DNA from: an uncultured Gammaproteobacteria bacterium
GTDB taxonomy: Bacteria; Patescibacteriota; Microgenomatia; Daviesbacterales; UBA10151
Direction: 5' to 3'
Length of the DNA stretch: 64,000 nucleotides
Assembly: GCA_964551605.1 (NCBI GenBank)
Contig: CAZKCV010000002.1
Location: 8,500-72,499 of the forward strand
Positions 48,723 to 58,198 of the stretch are shown here, one piece after another (the first letter of the stretch is position 1; every line of letters begins with the position of its first letter). Under the pieces are notes generated by a model. The model worked only from the letters and a program-made list of their open reading frames with translations, did no database searches and had not been told where the DNA came from. The translations under genes were made by a program, and so were the position numbers.

Positions 48723-49880
48723 TTATATTCCCTGCTGGGATCTTTGGCGGAGGGTTTCTATGGTAGATGAATTGTTTGCTGGTGGTGTTTCCGTACCTCC
48801 TTCAACAGCTCCAAAGTTAGCTGATTCTGAGTCAGTAGGTTCTTCTGCAGGTTGGGGAACCGGCGTGGCAACAGGAGCAGGAGCTACTGCTTTTTTCTCC
48901 GGAACAGCTACAGCCGGTAAGCTGGTTGTTTTAGCCGGTTGGCCGATACCCAGGATAAAATAAGCAGAGGCTCCGATCACCAAAAGCAATAAGACTCCAC
49001 CCAAGCCAATCAGCCACTTAGGCACACCTTTATGCGCTTCGGCTGGCAGGTTAGGCACTACCGGATTCGGAACAGGTGTAGGTGCGGTAGTTGGTGCTTC
49101 CGGTGACGGCGGTGCTGCTTCCACTTGGGCAGTATTAGTAATTAAATGTGAAAGGTCTGTCGGAGCGGCATCTTGCGGAGATGGGGGTTGGGAATCGCTC
49201 GGAGTTTCGACGGGAGCGGTAACGGTATTTGTCCAACTGGGTTGAGTGGCGGGTTGTGATTCTCCGGCCGGGGCCTGGACAGGCACACTCCAGGGATTAT
49301 CTAGGGGGGAGGTTGACGGTGCCTGAGGTGTATCGCCTAGAGAGGATAAAGTGGGAGGCGTAAAGGTGGGGGTAGGCGGTGCCGGTGTTGCCGGAGCCGG
49401 TTCCGGTTGTATCGAAGGGACAGGACCTGACGCGGGTGGTGTGGAGGGTATTGTTGCCTGAGATAGGGAAGGCCAGGCTTCAGCAGAGGTGGATTCTGCC
49501 GGGGCCGGGGTCGACTCTGGCGCAGGCGGAGTTTGCGTTGATGGCGCTGGTGGCGCCCAGGGGGAGCTTAAATCAGCTGCCGGAGCGGGAGTATTGTTTA
49601 ACCCCAGATCAGCAGGAGCGGTGGGGGTAGGCGGATTAAATGCAGAAGCGGTGTCTGCTGGTAAAGGACTTGGATCTGGAGGTAGATTGGGAGCCGGGGA
49701 GGGTGTCAGGTCTGCCGCCTGAGAAGGCCAAGCCGCGGTTGCACCGTTACCGGCAGGTGCTGTGGGGCTGAAGCCGGAATCAGCCGGCACGGTAGGCTGA
49801 GGTGGCCAGCTGTCAGTTGGTGGCGTGGCTGAAGGGGAGCCTTGATTATTAAGCGGGTTTTGATTATTAGAATTATCCAT
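48723..49880 (-). CDS. proline/threonine/alanine-rich protein with single TM helix near C-terminus, hypothetical
   Basis: 385 aa, extreme low-complexity (P/T/A/S), TM WLIGLGGVLLLLVIGASAYFILG. GC-rich third positions unlike neighbours. Confidence 0.45.
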   Translation of the reverse strand: MDNSNNQNPLNNQGSPSATPPTDSWPPQPTVPADSGFSPTAPAGNGATAAWPSQAADLTPSPAPNLPPDPSPLPADTASAFNPPTPTAPADLGLNNTPAPAADLSSPWAPPAPSTQTPPAPESTPAPAESTSAEAWPSLSQATIPSTPPASGPVPSIQPEPAPATPAPPTPTFTPPTLSSLGDTPQAPSTSPLDNPWSVPVQAPAGESQPATQPSWTNTVTAPVETPSDSQPPSPQDAAPTDLSHLITNTAQVEAAPPSPEAPTTAPTPVPNPVVPNLPAEAHKGVPKWLIGLGGVLLLLVIGASAYFILGIGQPAKTTSLPAVAVPEKKAVAPAPVATPVPQPAEEPTDSESANFGAVEGGTETPPANNSSTIETLRQRSQQGI

Positions 49881-49956
49881 TCAGGCAGTTTTTTAAGATA
49901 CTGTTAGTGTATTAAAGGAAGTATTAATTGTCAATGTATCATATAATATACAAACT

Positions 49957-52692
49957 ATGTTAGGCTTTTTAGGTAAACTGCTGGATTCAAACGAACGGGA
50001 AATTAGCAGACTTAAAGTTATCGTTGAAGCTATTAATACCTGGGAAAAGAAAATAGCAAAATTATCAGACAAAGAGTTTCAGGGTAGCCTTGCCAAGTTT
50101 AAGCTGGAACATGAGCGGGGAAAAAGCCTTGATGAGCTTTTACCGGAGGTTTTTGCCTGCGTCAGGGAAGCTGCCAAAAGAACTATAAAGCAGCGCCACT
50201 TTGATGTGCAGCTTATGGCGGCCATTACCCTGCATCAGGGAAAAATTGCCGAACAAAAAACCGGTGAAGGGAAAACTCTCTCAGCGACGCCGGCTTTATT
50301 TTTAAATGCCATCGCCGGTAAAGGTACACACCTCGTAACGGTTAATGACTACCTCGCTCAGCGTGACTGCGGGTGGATGGGGCCGGTCTTTCATGCCTTG
50401 GGCGCAAGTTGCGCCACCATCATTCATGATGCCGCTTTTATTTATGACCCGAAGCATAAAGATACAACTCATAACGATAAACGACTGCAACACCTTAGAC
50501 CTATCAGCAGAAAGGAAGCTTACAATGCGGATATTACATACGGCACCAATAATGAATATGGTTTTGATTACCTCAGGGATAATATGGCTTTTAGGCTTTC
50601 GGATCAAGCGCAAAGGGGACATTTTTTTGCCGTAGTTGATGAGGTGGATTCAATCTTAATTGATGAAGCCAGAACCCCTTTAATTATTTCCCAGCCGGCA
50701 CAGGAAGCAACCGAAAAATATTACCAGTTTGCCAAAATTATAGATTCGCTGTCGCCTTCTGACTACAGTATAGATGAAAAGTTAAGGACAGCTCACCTGA
50801 CCGAGCATGGCACCCTGAAGATTGAAAAAATGTTGGGGGTAGATAATCTCTATGAGAAGGATTTTTCCACCCTGCATCATCTGGAAGAAGCGCTGAAGGC
50901 TAAAACGCTTTTTCAAAAGGATAAAGATTATGTAGTCAAAGACGGGGAAGTAATCATTGTGGATGAATTTACCGGCCGATTGATGTTAGGAAGAAGGTAT
51001 TCGGAGGGTTTGCATCAGGCAATTGAAGCTAAAGAAGGCGTGACTATCCAACAGGAGTCGCAAACACTGGCTACTATTTCCTTTCAGAACTACTTCAGGA
51101 TGTATGAAAAGCTCGCCGGCATGACCGGGACTGCTGCTACAGAAGCAGAGGAGTTTAACAAGATCTACAAATTAGAAGTAGTGGTTATACCCACCAATAA
51201 TCCGATGATCAGGGAAGATCATTCTGATACCATCTATAAAACCCAAGCCGCCAAGTACACGGCTGTGGCAAACTTGGTGGAGGAGCTGCATAAAAAGGGG
51301 CAGCCGGTTTTGGTTGGCACCACCGCCATTGATAAAAATGAATTCTTGTCAGATCTCCTAAAAAGAAAAGGTATATCTCATGCGCTCTTAAATGCCAAAA
51401 ATCACGAAAAAGAAGCGGAAATTATCTCCCGGGCAGGTGAAAAAGGGGCTGTCACGGTAGCTACCAATATGGCCGGCAGGGGAGTGGATATCATTTTGGC
51501 AAAGGGTATTGATAAGTTAGGAGGCTTATATGTCATAGGTACGGAAAGGCATGAATCAAGAAGAATAGATAACCAGTTGCGGGGCCGTTCCGGCAGGCAG
51601 GGTGATCCGGGAGAAACCAGGTTTTTTGTGTCTTTGGAAGATGATCTGATGAGGATTTTTGGCGGAGAACAGGTTTCCAAAGTAATGAATTTTCTGAAAA
51701 TGCCGGAAGATGTGCCGATTGAGCATGGCTTAATTTCCAAAGCTATAGAAGGAGCCCAGAAAAAGGTGGAAGGCCACAATTTTGATATCCGTAAACATAC
51801 TGTTGAATACGATGACGTCATGAATCAACAAAGAAAAATTATCTATGAAATCAGGAAAAAGATTCTGGAGACTGCTGAAAACAAAGATGTTTCTTTAAAG
51901 GAAGAAATCCTGGGCAAAATTGAAAATGAAATCAGAAGTGTTGTTACCATTTATTCTTCAGAGGGAATTGATGCTAAAAAAATCAGGGAAGAATTCTCCG
52001 GCATTATCCCGATAGATGAAAGAAGCCAGGAAGAAATAGAGAAAAAAATTGCCGGTTTTGGCAACCCGGATGACATAGTTAAGTTTTTAGCTGATTTATC
52101 CGTAAATTTTTATAACCAGCGGGAGGAAAGAGTCGGCGGAGAGATTGCCAGGCAAATGGAGGTATTTGTGTACTTAAATACCATTGATACTTTGTGGATT
52201 GAACATTTAGATACCATGGATGATTTGCGATCCGGCATCGGGCTTCGGGGATATGCCCAACGGGATCCGCTGATTGAATATAAACGGGAAGGGTTTGATC
52301 TGTTTGAAAAGCTGATGGTGACTATTGATTATGAAGTTGCCCATCGAATTTACAAGGTGGCAGTTCAGGGAGAAGCTCCGAGGCACGAGCCGATTAAGGT
52401 AGAAGAAAAACATCCGGAAATAGAGGTGGGAGTGAGAGAAGAAGCGTCCGAGGTGGGAGCAAAAGTTAAAATCGAAAGGCCGGATGCTTCAGTTGCCAGG
52501 GTGGAATCTGAACCGGTACCTGCTGAATCCGGTGAGACAAAAGTAACTATTGAAAGGGGCGGTGAAGTGATTGCCCAGCAAACTTATGGTAGCCAGGGGC
52601 AATTAACCAAAACCCACGGCAAAGTCGGCCGGAATGATCCCTGCTGGTGTGGCTCAGGCAAAAAATATAAACGTTGCCATTGGCCTAACTGA
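49957..52692 (+). CDS. secA: preprotein translocase subunit SecA
   Basis: DEAD motor motifs, C-terminal zinc-binding tail CWCGSGKKYKRCH. Preceded by a TTGTCA...TATAAT promoter. 911 aa. Confidence 0.9.
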   Translation: MLGFLGKLLDSNEREISRLKVIVEAINTWEKKIAKLSDKEFQGSLAKFKLEHERGKSLDELLPEVFACVREAAKRTIKQRHFDVQLMAAITLHQGKIAEQKTGEGKTLSATPALFLNAIAGKGTHLVTVNDYLAQRDCGWMGPVFHALGASCATIIHDAAFIYDPKHKDTTHNDKRLQHLRPISRKEAYNADITYGTNNEYGFDYLRDNMAFRLSDQAQRGHFFAVVDEVDSILIDEARTPLIISQPAQEATEKYYQFAKIIDSLSPSDYSIDEKLRTAHLTEHGTLKIEKMLGVDNLYEKDFSTLHHLEEALKAKTLFQKDKDYVVKDGEVIIVDEFTGRLMLGRRYSEGLHQAIEAKEGVTIQQESQTLATISFQNYFRMYEKLAGMTGTAATEAEEFNKIYKLEVVVIPTNNPMIREDHSDTIYKTQAAKYTAVANLVEELHKKGQPVLVGTTAIDKNEFLSDLLKRKGISHALLNAKNHEKEAEIISRAGEKGAVTVATNMAGRGVDIILAKGIDKLGGLYVIGTERHESRRIDNQLRGRSGRQGDPGETRFFVSLEDDLMRIFGGEQVSKVMNFLKMPEDVPIEHGLISKAIEGAQKKVEGHNFDIRKHTVEYDDVMNQQRKIIYEIRKKILETAENKDVSLKEEILGKIENEIRSVVTIYSSEGIDAKKIREEFSGIIPIDERSQEEIEKKIAGFGNPDDIVKFLADLSVNFYNQREERVGGEIARQMEVFVYLNTIDTLWIEHLDTMDDLRSGIGLRGYAQRDPLIEYKREGFDLFEKLMVTIDYEVAHRIYKVAVQGEAPRHEPIKVEEKHPEIEVGVREEASEVGAKVKIERPDASVARVESEPVPAESGETKVTIERGGEVIAQQTYGSQGQLTKTHGKVGRNDPCWCGSGKKYKRCHWPN

Positions 52693-52895
52693 TTGGATTG
52701 CTGTAATAACCTAAACCCTATATTTTAGTACCACATAGAATAACCTTTTTGCTATATAAAGGTTAATCAAAAACGGAACATTAATTTTTGAGATATTTCC
52801 AACTATAAGTCTCCAAAAGTAATCATCGGGTACCGCATGGTTTGGAATTTTCGGTAAATAAATATGTTAATATTTCGGTATGGTAATTTTTATAG

Positions 52896-53195
52896 ATGAA
52901 TCTGGAACTCATAAGGCATTTAGTAATTGAAGAGAATATTAAAAAGATCATGATTGATGGTAGAAAACCTAAATGGTATTCACTTAAATTAAAAAAGGTT
53001 CTAAGGGATAAAGGAATTTCAGTTAAAAAGGTAACTACAGTTAGAAAAGATAAATCCAGCCCGGGAATAAGGGTATCAGATTGTTTGGCAGGACTTTTTA
53101 GATATTATTATGATAATCCTGAAAGTAGAGCTTCGGAGTGGCATAAGAAATTAACAAAAGCCAAAAAGATTGAATTTGAGTTAACTTCCCATTAA
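52896..53195 (+). CDS. hypothetical basic protein (99 aa)
   Basis: Lys-rich ORF. Its 3' end including the stop codon lies in a perfect 36-bp tandem duplication. Confidence 0.3.
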   Translation: MNLELIRHLVIEENIKKIMIDGRKPKWYSLKLKKVLRDKGISVKKVTTVRKDKSSPGIRVSDCLAGLFRYYYDNPESRASEWHKKLTKAKKIEFELTSH

Positions 53196-53236
53196 AAAAG
53201 AAAGATTGAATTTGAGTTAACTTCCCATTAAAAAAG
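53165..53236 (+). repeat. perfect tandem duplication (2 x 36 bp: aaagattgaatttgagttaacttcccattaaaaaag)
   Basis: Direct sequence comparison. Followed by an imperfect hairpin gccccgctt-aaa-agcgaggc. Confidence 0.8.
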
Positions 53237-53413
53237 CCCCGCTTAAAAGCGAGGCCAGTTATCCAGGTAGTTCCAAATTGCTTTGAAACTCGGCGGCTCA
53301 CCGTCCTTTGTCCCTGGTAACTTGTTGTAGATGTATACTATCATAGACGCTCCCTAAATGCAAATTTAAGCATAAAAATGATAAAATAACCTCTGAAGGC
53401 TATTAAAATAATT

Positions 53414-53911
53414 ATGAATGAAGCTGAATTATTTATTATAACTGGAGCAAGTGGAGCTGGAAAAACTGCACTTATCCCATTCCTACAAAAACAAATTCCT
53501 GATAAATTTAAAATATACGACTTCGATGAAATTTTACGACCCTTTGATGGAACTGACGAATGGGCTTTAGAAGTTATAGATAAAATGATGCAGCTTACGG
53601 ATAAAAATAGAAAAGATGGATTTTCAACGATTGTGGCTGGTTTGATTAGGCCATTCCAGGTTGAAAAAATTGTACCTCATTATGGTATCAATAACATTAA
53701 ATTGCTCTTGCTAGATATTACTACTGAAGAGCGAGCTAGGAGGTTAACTGAAAGAGGCGATACTATGGAATTGATTGGAGATATTGAGGAGCATGAGGGT
53801 TTTAGGAGCTGGATTAATGAGGCTCGTTATCCTTCGGAGGTCATAGATACTTCAGATAAAAAACCAGAAGAAGTAGCCAGAGAAATCTCAAATTGGATTA
53901 ACAGCAATTAA
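53414..53911 (+). CDS. P-loop NTPase / small nucleotide kinase-like protein
   Basis: Walker A ITGASGAGKTAL. 165 aa. Family not resolved. Confidence 0.55.
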   Translation: MNEAELFIITGASGAGKTALIPFLQKQIPDKFKIYDFDEILRPFDGTDEWALEVIDKMMQLTDKNRKDGFSTIVAGLIRPFQVEKIVPHYGINNIKLLLLDITTEERARRLTERGDTMELIGDIEEHEGFRSWINEARYPSEVIDTSDKKPEEVAREISNWINSN

Positions 53912-53915
53912 TTCT

Positions 53916-54824
53916 ATGAGATACCCTATTTGGATGACAGTTCAAAAAATATCATTATCCCAATTGATGAATAAGGAGTCTACACAGTTAACTAAAGAAT
54001 GGGTAGCTGAAAGATTACCAGTTAGATCCAGAGATGCAAATAAAGGGACATTTGGGAAGGTGTTGGTGGTGGCCGGGTCGGAAAATTATCCGGGGGCGGC
54101 GTATTTGGCTTGTGCTGCTTGTTACCGGGTTGGGGCAGGGCTGGTAACTTTGGCAACTGAAGAAACAGTTAAAGTGATAGTCTCCAGGAAATTGCCCGAG
54201 GTTACTTTTTTATTGCCTGATGAAGTGGCGGCAAATATAAATAAATATGATGTGCTTCTGGTTGGTCCTGGTTTGGGGCAAAGTGGCCAGGCCATAGAGT
54301 TGGTGGAAGGTATTCTAAGGGGCAAACTGCCTCCTACAGTGATTGATGGTGACGGACTAAATATTTTATCCAAAAAAGGGGAGTGGTGGAAAAGATTAAG
54401 TGATAAGACGGTACTGACCCCTCATCCGGGGGAAATGGCCAGGTTAACTGGCTTTACGGTTTCCAAGATCCAGTCTGACCGAATCAATGTCGCACAATAT
54501 TTTGCCAGGGAATGGGGGAAAGTAGCAGTGTTAAAGGGAGCTAATACGGTAGTGGCCTCCCCCGCCGGGCAAGTACTTCTCAGCCCTTTTGCAAATCCTG
54601 TTCTTTCTACTGCCGGTACCGGTGATATTTTAGCCGGAATAATTGCCGGTTTGCTCGCCCAGGGTTTAAGGCCTGTGGATGCAGCTTCGGTTGGGGTATA
54701 TATTCATGGCCTGGCAGGGGAAATGTTAAGTAAAAAAATCGGATTGGCCGGCAGTTTGGCAAGCGATCTTTTGCCTGTGTTGCCAAAAACTTTACTCCAC
54801 ATAACCAAACATGGGATCGGTTAG
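53916..54824 (+). CDS. NAD(P)H-hydrate dehydratase (YjeF C-terminal/Nnr family)
   Basis: KGTFGKVLVVAGSENYPGAAYLACAAC...GTGDILAGIIAG, characteristic of the YjeF_C carbohydrate-kinase-like domain. Confidence 0.8.
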   Translation: MRYPIWMTVQKISLSQLMNKESTQLTKEWVAERLPVRSRDANKGTFGKVLVVAGSENYPGAAYLACAACYRVGAGLVTLATEETVKVIVSRKLPEVTFLLPDEVAANINKYDVLLVGPGLGQSGQAIELVEGILRGKLPPTVIDGDGLNILSKKGEWWKRLSDKTVLTPHPGEMARLTGFTVSKIQSDRINVAQYFAREWGKVAVLKGANTVVASPAGQVLLSPFANPVLSTAGTGDILAGIIAGLLAQGLRPVDAASVGVYIHGLAGEMLSKKIGLAGSLASDLLPVLPKTLLHITKHGIG

Positions 54825-56267
54825 ATTGGTGTTTTGCCCACTGCATGCGTCTTCCATTAATGCTTTGGGAGGTTTATCCTTCGGCGGTATGACTCCAATA
54901 TGCCCGAATTTAACCTTGACTTCCTTTAAGGCATACTCATCCGGGATGACGATGGAATATACCGGACTCCCCCTTCCAGGTACCGCAATATGGGTATTTC
55001 TCAGAAAGAAGAAGTATCTAAAACCGACATTTTCTCCCGGAGAGGTAATATAATTTAGGGAAAAACAGGGAAAACCTCTATTCCTGGCGTCGGTTATTAT
55101 ATAGTCTACTGCCGCCTTTTTTTCTATATAACCTTTATGGTAAACATCCTGGGTAATTAAGAAAAAAGCGTTTTTTAATGTAACAAATATTAATAGCCCG
55201 GTCACTAATTTTTTGCCTGTGGCTGAAGAATTGAAAATAAGATAAAGGAGCAGAGTCACAAAGGCCAGGAAAATAATTTCAATGTTATAGAAATAATATT
55301 CGGAAATCGGAGAAGAAGAAATTGAGAAAAATATCACAACTGCAAAACCCCAGCCAAAAAGAGGGATTAATTCAGAAACGGTTATCAGTTTTTTCTTAAC
55401 CAGCAGGAAGGAAGTTGCAAGGATAACTAGCGGAAAGAGGATATTGTTGGTCAGCTTAAAAGATTGCGGTGCAAAAAATAAACTATTAATATTTTTGGTA
55501 ATCATCTCTGTTACGGTTTGAAACTTATAAAAACCTTTAGCACCTTCCCTGGCCACAGCAAAATTTTGTAATAAATTTATTGTTTGTTGGAAGTTATGCC
55601 TTAATTCAAACAGAATAAGCGGAAGTGAAATTATAAATAAGGCAATAAAAAACTTTACTGTTTGTGAAGCCTTGGGAAGTTTTCCGGCTACTAAAAAGGC
55701 TAGCGGAACTGCAAAAAGTGACGGCAGTAGGGCAATATGCAAATGCCAAATAAGACCTATCAGAACTCCCAGTAACGGTAAAACCTTGAATTTTCCCCGG
55801 GCTAACATGATTACTGTGTAAAAATACCAAATAGTCCAAAGATTAGTGGGAGTAGAAGGAGCCAGTCTTCTGTCAAACCAAACCGACATGCTGATTAAAA
55901 CTGCATATAAAAGGGAAGCTATCAGGCCGACTTTAGTATTGAATAATTTGGAGAACACCAGAAAGTAGCTAATAACAGTCAGAACTCCTACGATAGTAAT
56001 GGGGAAATGAGCGGCCACCGGGTCCATATTAAATAAAAGATAAAATGGGACTAAAGAGTAATAAAAAAAGGGGCCGATAAAAACACCCGGAGCAGAAGTT
56101 TCCTGCCCAACTAGCCTAAAATGTTGGTTTACCACCAGATCTTTGACAATCCACGAATACAAATCCGCGTCATGTCCGAAATCTGTCCTTTCTACTACTT
56201 GATAGGTTCTGAAAAAAATTCCCAAGGTGATGATTAAGAACAAAACCAAAATTTGAGACCTTTGCAT
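54792..56267 (-). CDS. GT-C family membrane glycosyltransferase (GT39/ArnT/PMT-like)
   Basis: 491 aa, ~12 TM. N-terminal FFRTYQVVERTDFGHDADLY loop typical of ArnT/PMT-type enzymes. Confidence 0.6.
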   Translation of the reverse strand: MQRSQILVLFLIITLGIFFRTYQVVERTDFGHDADLYSWIVKDLVVNQHFRLVGQETSAPGVFIGPFFYYSLVPFYLLFNMDPVAAHFPITIVGVLTVISYFLVFSKLFNTKVGLIASLLYAVLISMSVWFDRRLAPSTPTNLWTIWYFYTVIMLARGKFKVLPLLGVLIGLIWHLHIALLPSLFAVPLAFLVAGKLPKASQTVKFFIALFIISLPLILFELRHNFQQTINLLQNFAVAREGAKGFYKFQTVTEMITKNINSLFFAPQSFKLTNNILFPLVILATSFLLVKKKLITVSELIPLFGWGFAVVIFFSISSSPISEYYFYNIEIIFLAFVTLLLYLIFNSSATGKKLVTGLLIFVTLKNAFFLITQDVYHKGYIEKKAAVDYIITDARNRGFPCFSLNYITSPGENVGFRYFFFLRNTHIAVPGRGSPVYSIVIPDEYALKEVKVKFGHIGVIPPKDKPPKALMEDACSGQNTNLTDPMFGYVE

Positions 56268-56271
56268 CTTA

Positions 56272-57045
56272 GTGTTAAACTACCATACCATGGAAGTTAA
56301 GGCAATAAAAACCAGAAAATTCTTACCTCCCAAAGATGATTTGTGGGATTTGATGACAGGGGTAAAAGATTTAAAAGAAAACTCAATTGTGGCAGTAACC
56401 TCTAAGGTGGTGGCAATCGGGGAGGGCCGCTGTATCCCTATGTCTGATATGCAAAAGGATGAACTGATTGCCAAGGAATCGGATAAGTACCTGCCGAGGA
56501 AAATCTTCCGTAAAGAATGGACAATGTATACGATAAAAAATAATCTGTTAGTGGCAGCAGCCGGGATTGATGAAAGTAATGCAGACGGCTTTTACATTCT
56601 TTGGCCCCAGGATCCTGATCTTTCAGCCAAGAAGATCTGCAATTTTTTAAGGAAAAAATTTAGGCTTAAAAACTTAGGGGTTATAATTACTGATTCCCGG
56701 GTCACTCCTTTAAGAAGAGGAGTTCTGGGAATGGCGATTTCATATTTTGGCTTTAAGCCCTTAAAAGATTACCGGGGAACTAAGGATATTTTTGGAAGGA
56801 AATTTGAAATGGAAACTACTGATATACCGGACTCCCTGGCCTCAGCAGCGGTTTTGGAGATGGGGGAAGGAGCAGAGCGCCAGCCCCTGGCAGTAATTAC
56901 CGATGTGCCGTATATTGAATTTATCCGGGAAAAATATATTCCAAAAGATGCTGACTCAGGCTTTGAAATCCCGGAAAAAGAAGATCTGTTTTACCCCTTT
57001 TTATCTTCGGTCCCCTGGCAAAAAGGTGGCAGTGGAAAAGACTAG
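56272..57045 (+). CDS. CofE-like protein (F420-0:gamma-glutamyl ligase family fold)
   Basis: Conserved blocks shared with CofE (VAVTSKVVAIGEGR; AAAGIDESN; GVIITDSRVTPLRRGVLGMAISYFG; AVLEMGEGAERQPLAVI). Confidence 0.65.
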   Translation: MLNYHTMEVKAIKTRKFLPPKDDLWDLMTGVKDLKENSIVAVTSKVVAIGEGRCIPMSDMQKDELIAKESDKYLPRKIFRKEWTMYTIKNNLLVAAAGIDESNADGFYILWPQDPDLSAKKICNFLRKKFRLKNLGVIITDSRVTPLRRGVLGMAISYFGFKPLKDYRGTKDIFGRKFEMETTDIPDSLASAAVLEMGEGAERQPLAVITDVPYIEFIREKYIPKDADSGFEIPEKEDLFYPFLSSVPWQKGGSGKD

Positions 57046-57102
57046 CACTTTTCAGAAGGGTACCATAATTTCGCAATAGCGAAAAAATGGAACCATTGAA
57101 AA

Positions 57103-58017
57103 TTAGAGGTGGCTATAGTAATCAATGGTTTTCTTGAGACCTTCTTCCAGACTAACTTTTGCTTTCCAGCCCAGCTCTTGTTGGATTTTTTGGGATGAGG
57201 CGACCAGTGCCGAAACATCCCCTTTTCTTTCCCCTTTATCATCAATCGGAACTTCATACCCGACAATCTCAAAAATCTTTTTCACAACATCAATGACCTT
57301 GGCGCCTGCTTCTGTGCCAATGTTATAAATATGAAAGCCGGATAGCGGCAATGCCAATACATGGGCTTCTGCCAAATCTTCTATATAAATAAAATCCCTG
57401 ACCTGTTCGCCTTTCCAATAAAGCGGAATCGGAGTTTTGCTTAAAGTAGATTTAATGAAATTAGGAATGGCATGTGTTTCCGGTGTATGCAGTTCTCCCG
57501 GGCCATAAGGATTAAAGTAGCGAAGCAGAATTACATCAAAACCATGAAGCATATAGTAAAGTTTGCAGAAATCCTCCATGGTAACTTTGGTGATTCCATA
57601 TGGATTTTCCTGTTCCCCTAAAGAGTCATCTTCGGTAATGGGCAGTTTCTGGGGTTTTCCATAAACACAGGCACTGGAGGAAAAGATAATTTTCCTAACC
57701 CCGGTATTTTTCATTGCTTCAAGTAATTTAATAGTCCCGACGATATTATTCTGGCTAAACTCCACCGGGTTCTTGACTGATTCGCCAACTTCAATGTAAG
57801 AGGCCATGTGAATCACTGCTTCATGTCCGGGAAGGATTTTTTCTACTGCCTCCTGATCATTAAGGCTAATCTGGTGAAAGGTCGTCCTGGGATCTACTGA
57901 GTCTTTGTGTCCTTTTGACAAATCATCAATTACCGTTACCGTATGCCCCTGGTCTAAGAGTAATTTATTTACGTGATAGCCGATAAATCCGGCGCCTCCG
58001 GTTACCAAAACTTTCAT
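57103..58017 (-). CDS. NAD-dependent sugar epimerase (UDP-glucose 4-epimerase GalE-like)
   Basis: VLVTGGAGFIGYH Rossmann motif, YxxxK, SDR-extended architecture. 304 aa. Confidence 0.8.
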   Translation of the reverse strand: MKVLVTGGAGFIGYHVNKLLLDQGHTVTVIDDLSKGHKDSVDPRTTFHQISLNDQEAVEKILPGHEAVIHMASYIEVGESVKNPVEFSQNNIVGTIKLLEAMKNTGVRKIIFSSSACVYGKPQKLPITEDDSLGEQENPYGITKVTMEDFCKLYYMLHGFDVILLRYFNPYGPGELHTPETHAIPNFIKSTLSKTPIPLYWKGEQVRDFIYIEDLAEAHVLALPLSGFHIYNIGTEAGAKVIDVVKKIFEIVGYEVPIDDKGERKGDVSALVASSQKIQQELGWKAKVSLEEGLKKTIDYYSHL

Positions 58018-58052
58018 GAGATTATTCTAACATAAATGATTTATAAGCAAGA

Positions 58053-58198
58053 AAACCCCACTTTCTCAAAGTGGGGTTTCACTGACAATAGCTTTCAAAC
58101 TTCCGCATTTGGTATAGGAATCAGCCGAAGAATGGGTTTTCTTGAAAGCTTGAAAACTTGGAAGAAAACCGCGGACTTTTAAGTCCGCGGAAGTTTAT
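58053..58198 (+). promoter_or_regulatory. structured leader with two strong hairpins and mutually exclusive long-range pairings upstream of a GT-C-like gene
   Basis: Hairpin 1: aaaccccacttt-ctc-aaagtggggttt (58053-58079). Hairpin 2: ccgcggac-tttt-aagtccgcgg (58170-58191). Alternative pairings: aaacttccgc (58099-58108) with gcggaagttt (58187-58196); agctttcaa (58092-58100) with ttgaaagct (58138-58146). Confidence 0.4.

Noticed and set aside
53098-53301. 67-aa minus-strand ORF
   Set aside because: It is built from the 36-bp tandem duplication (repeating FFNGKLTQIQS) and overlaps the plus-strand ORF end. It is an artefact of the repeat.
58158-58196. Track start of GT-C paralog A at 58158 (MEENRGLLSPRKFMVL)
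   Set aside because: Kept as the feature start, but it is probably too far upstream. The strong hairpin ccgcggacttttaagtccgcgg lies inside these first 13 codons, so ATG 58197 or 58248 is the more plausible start.
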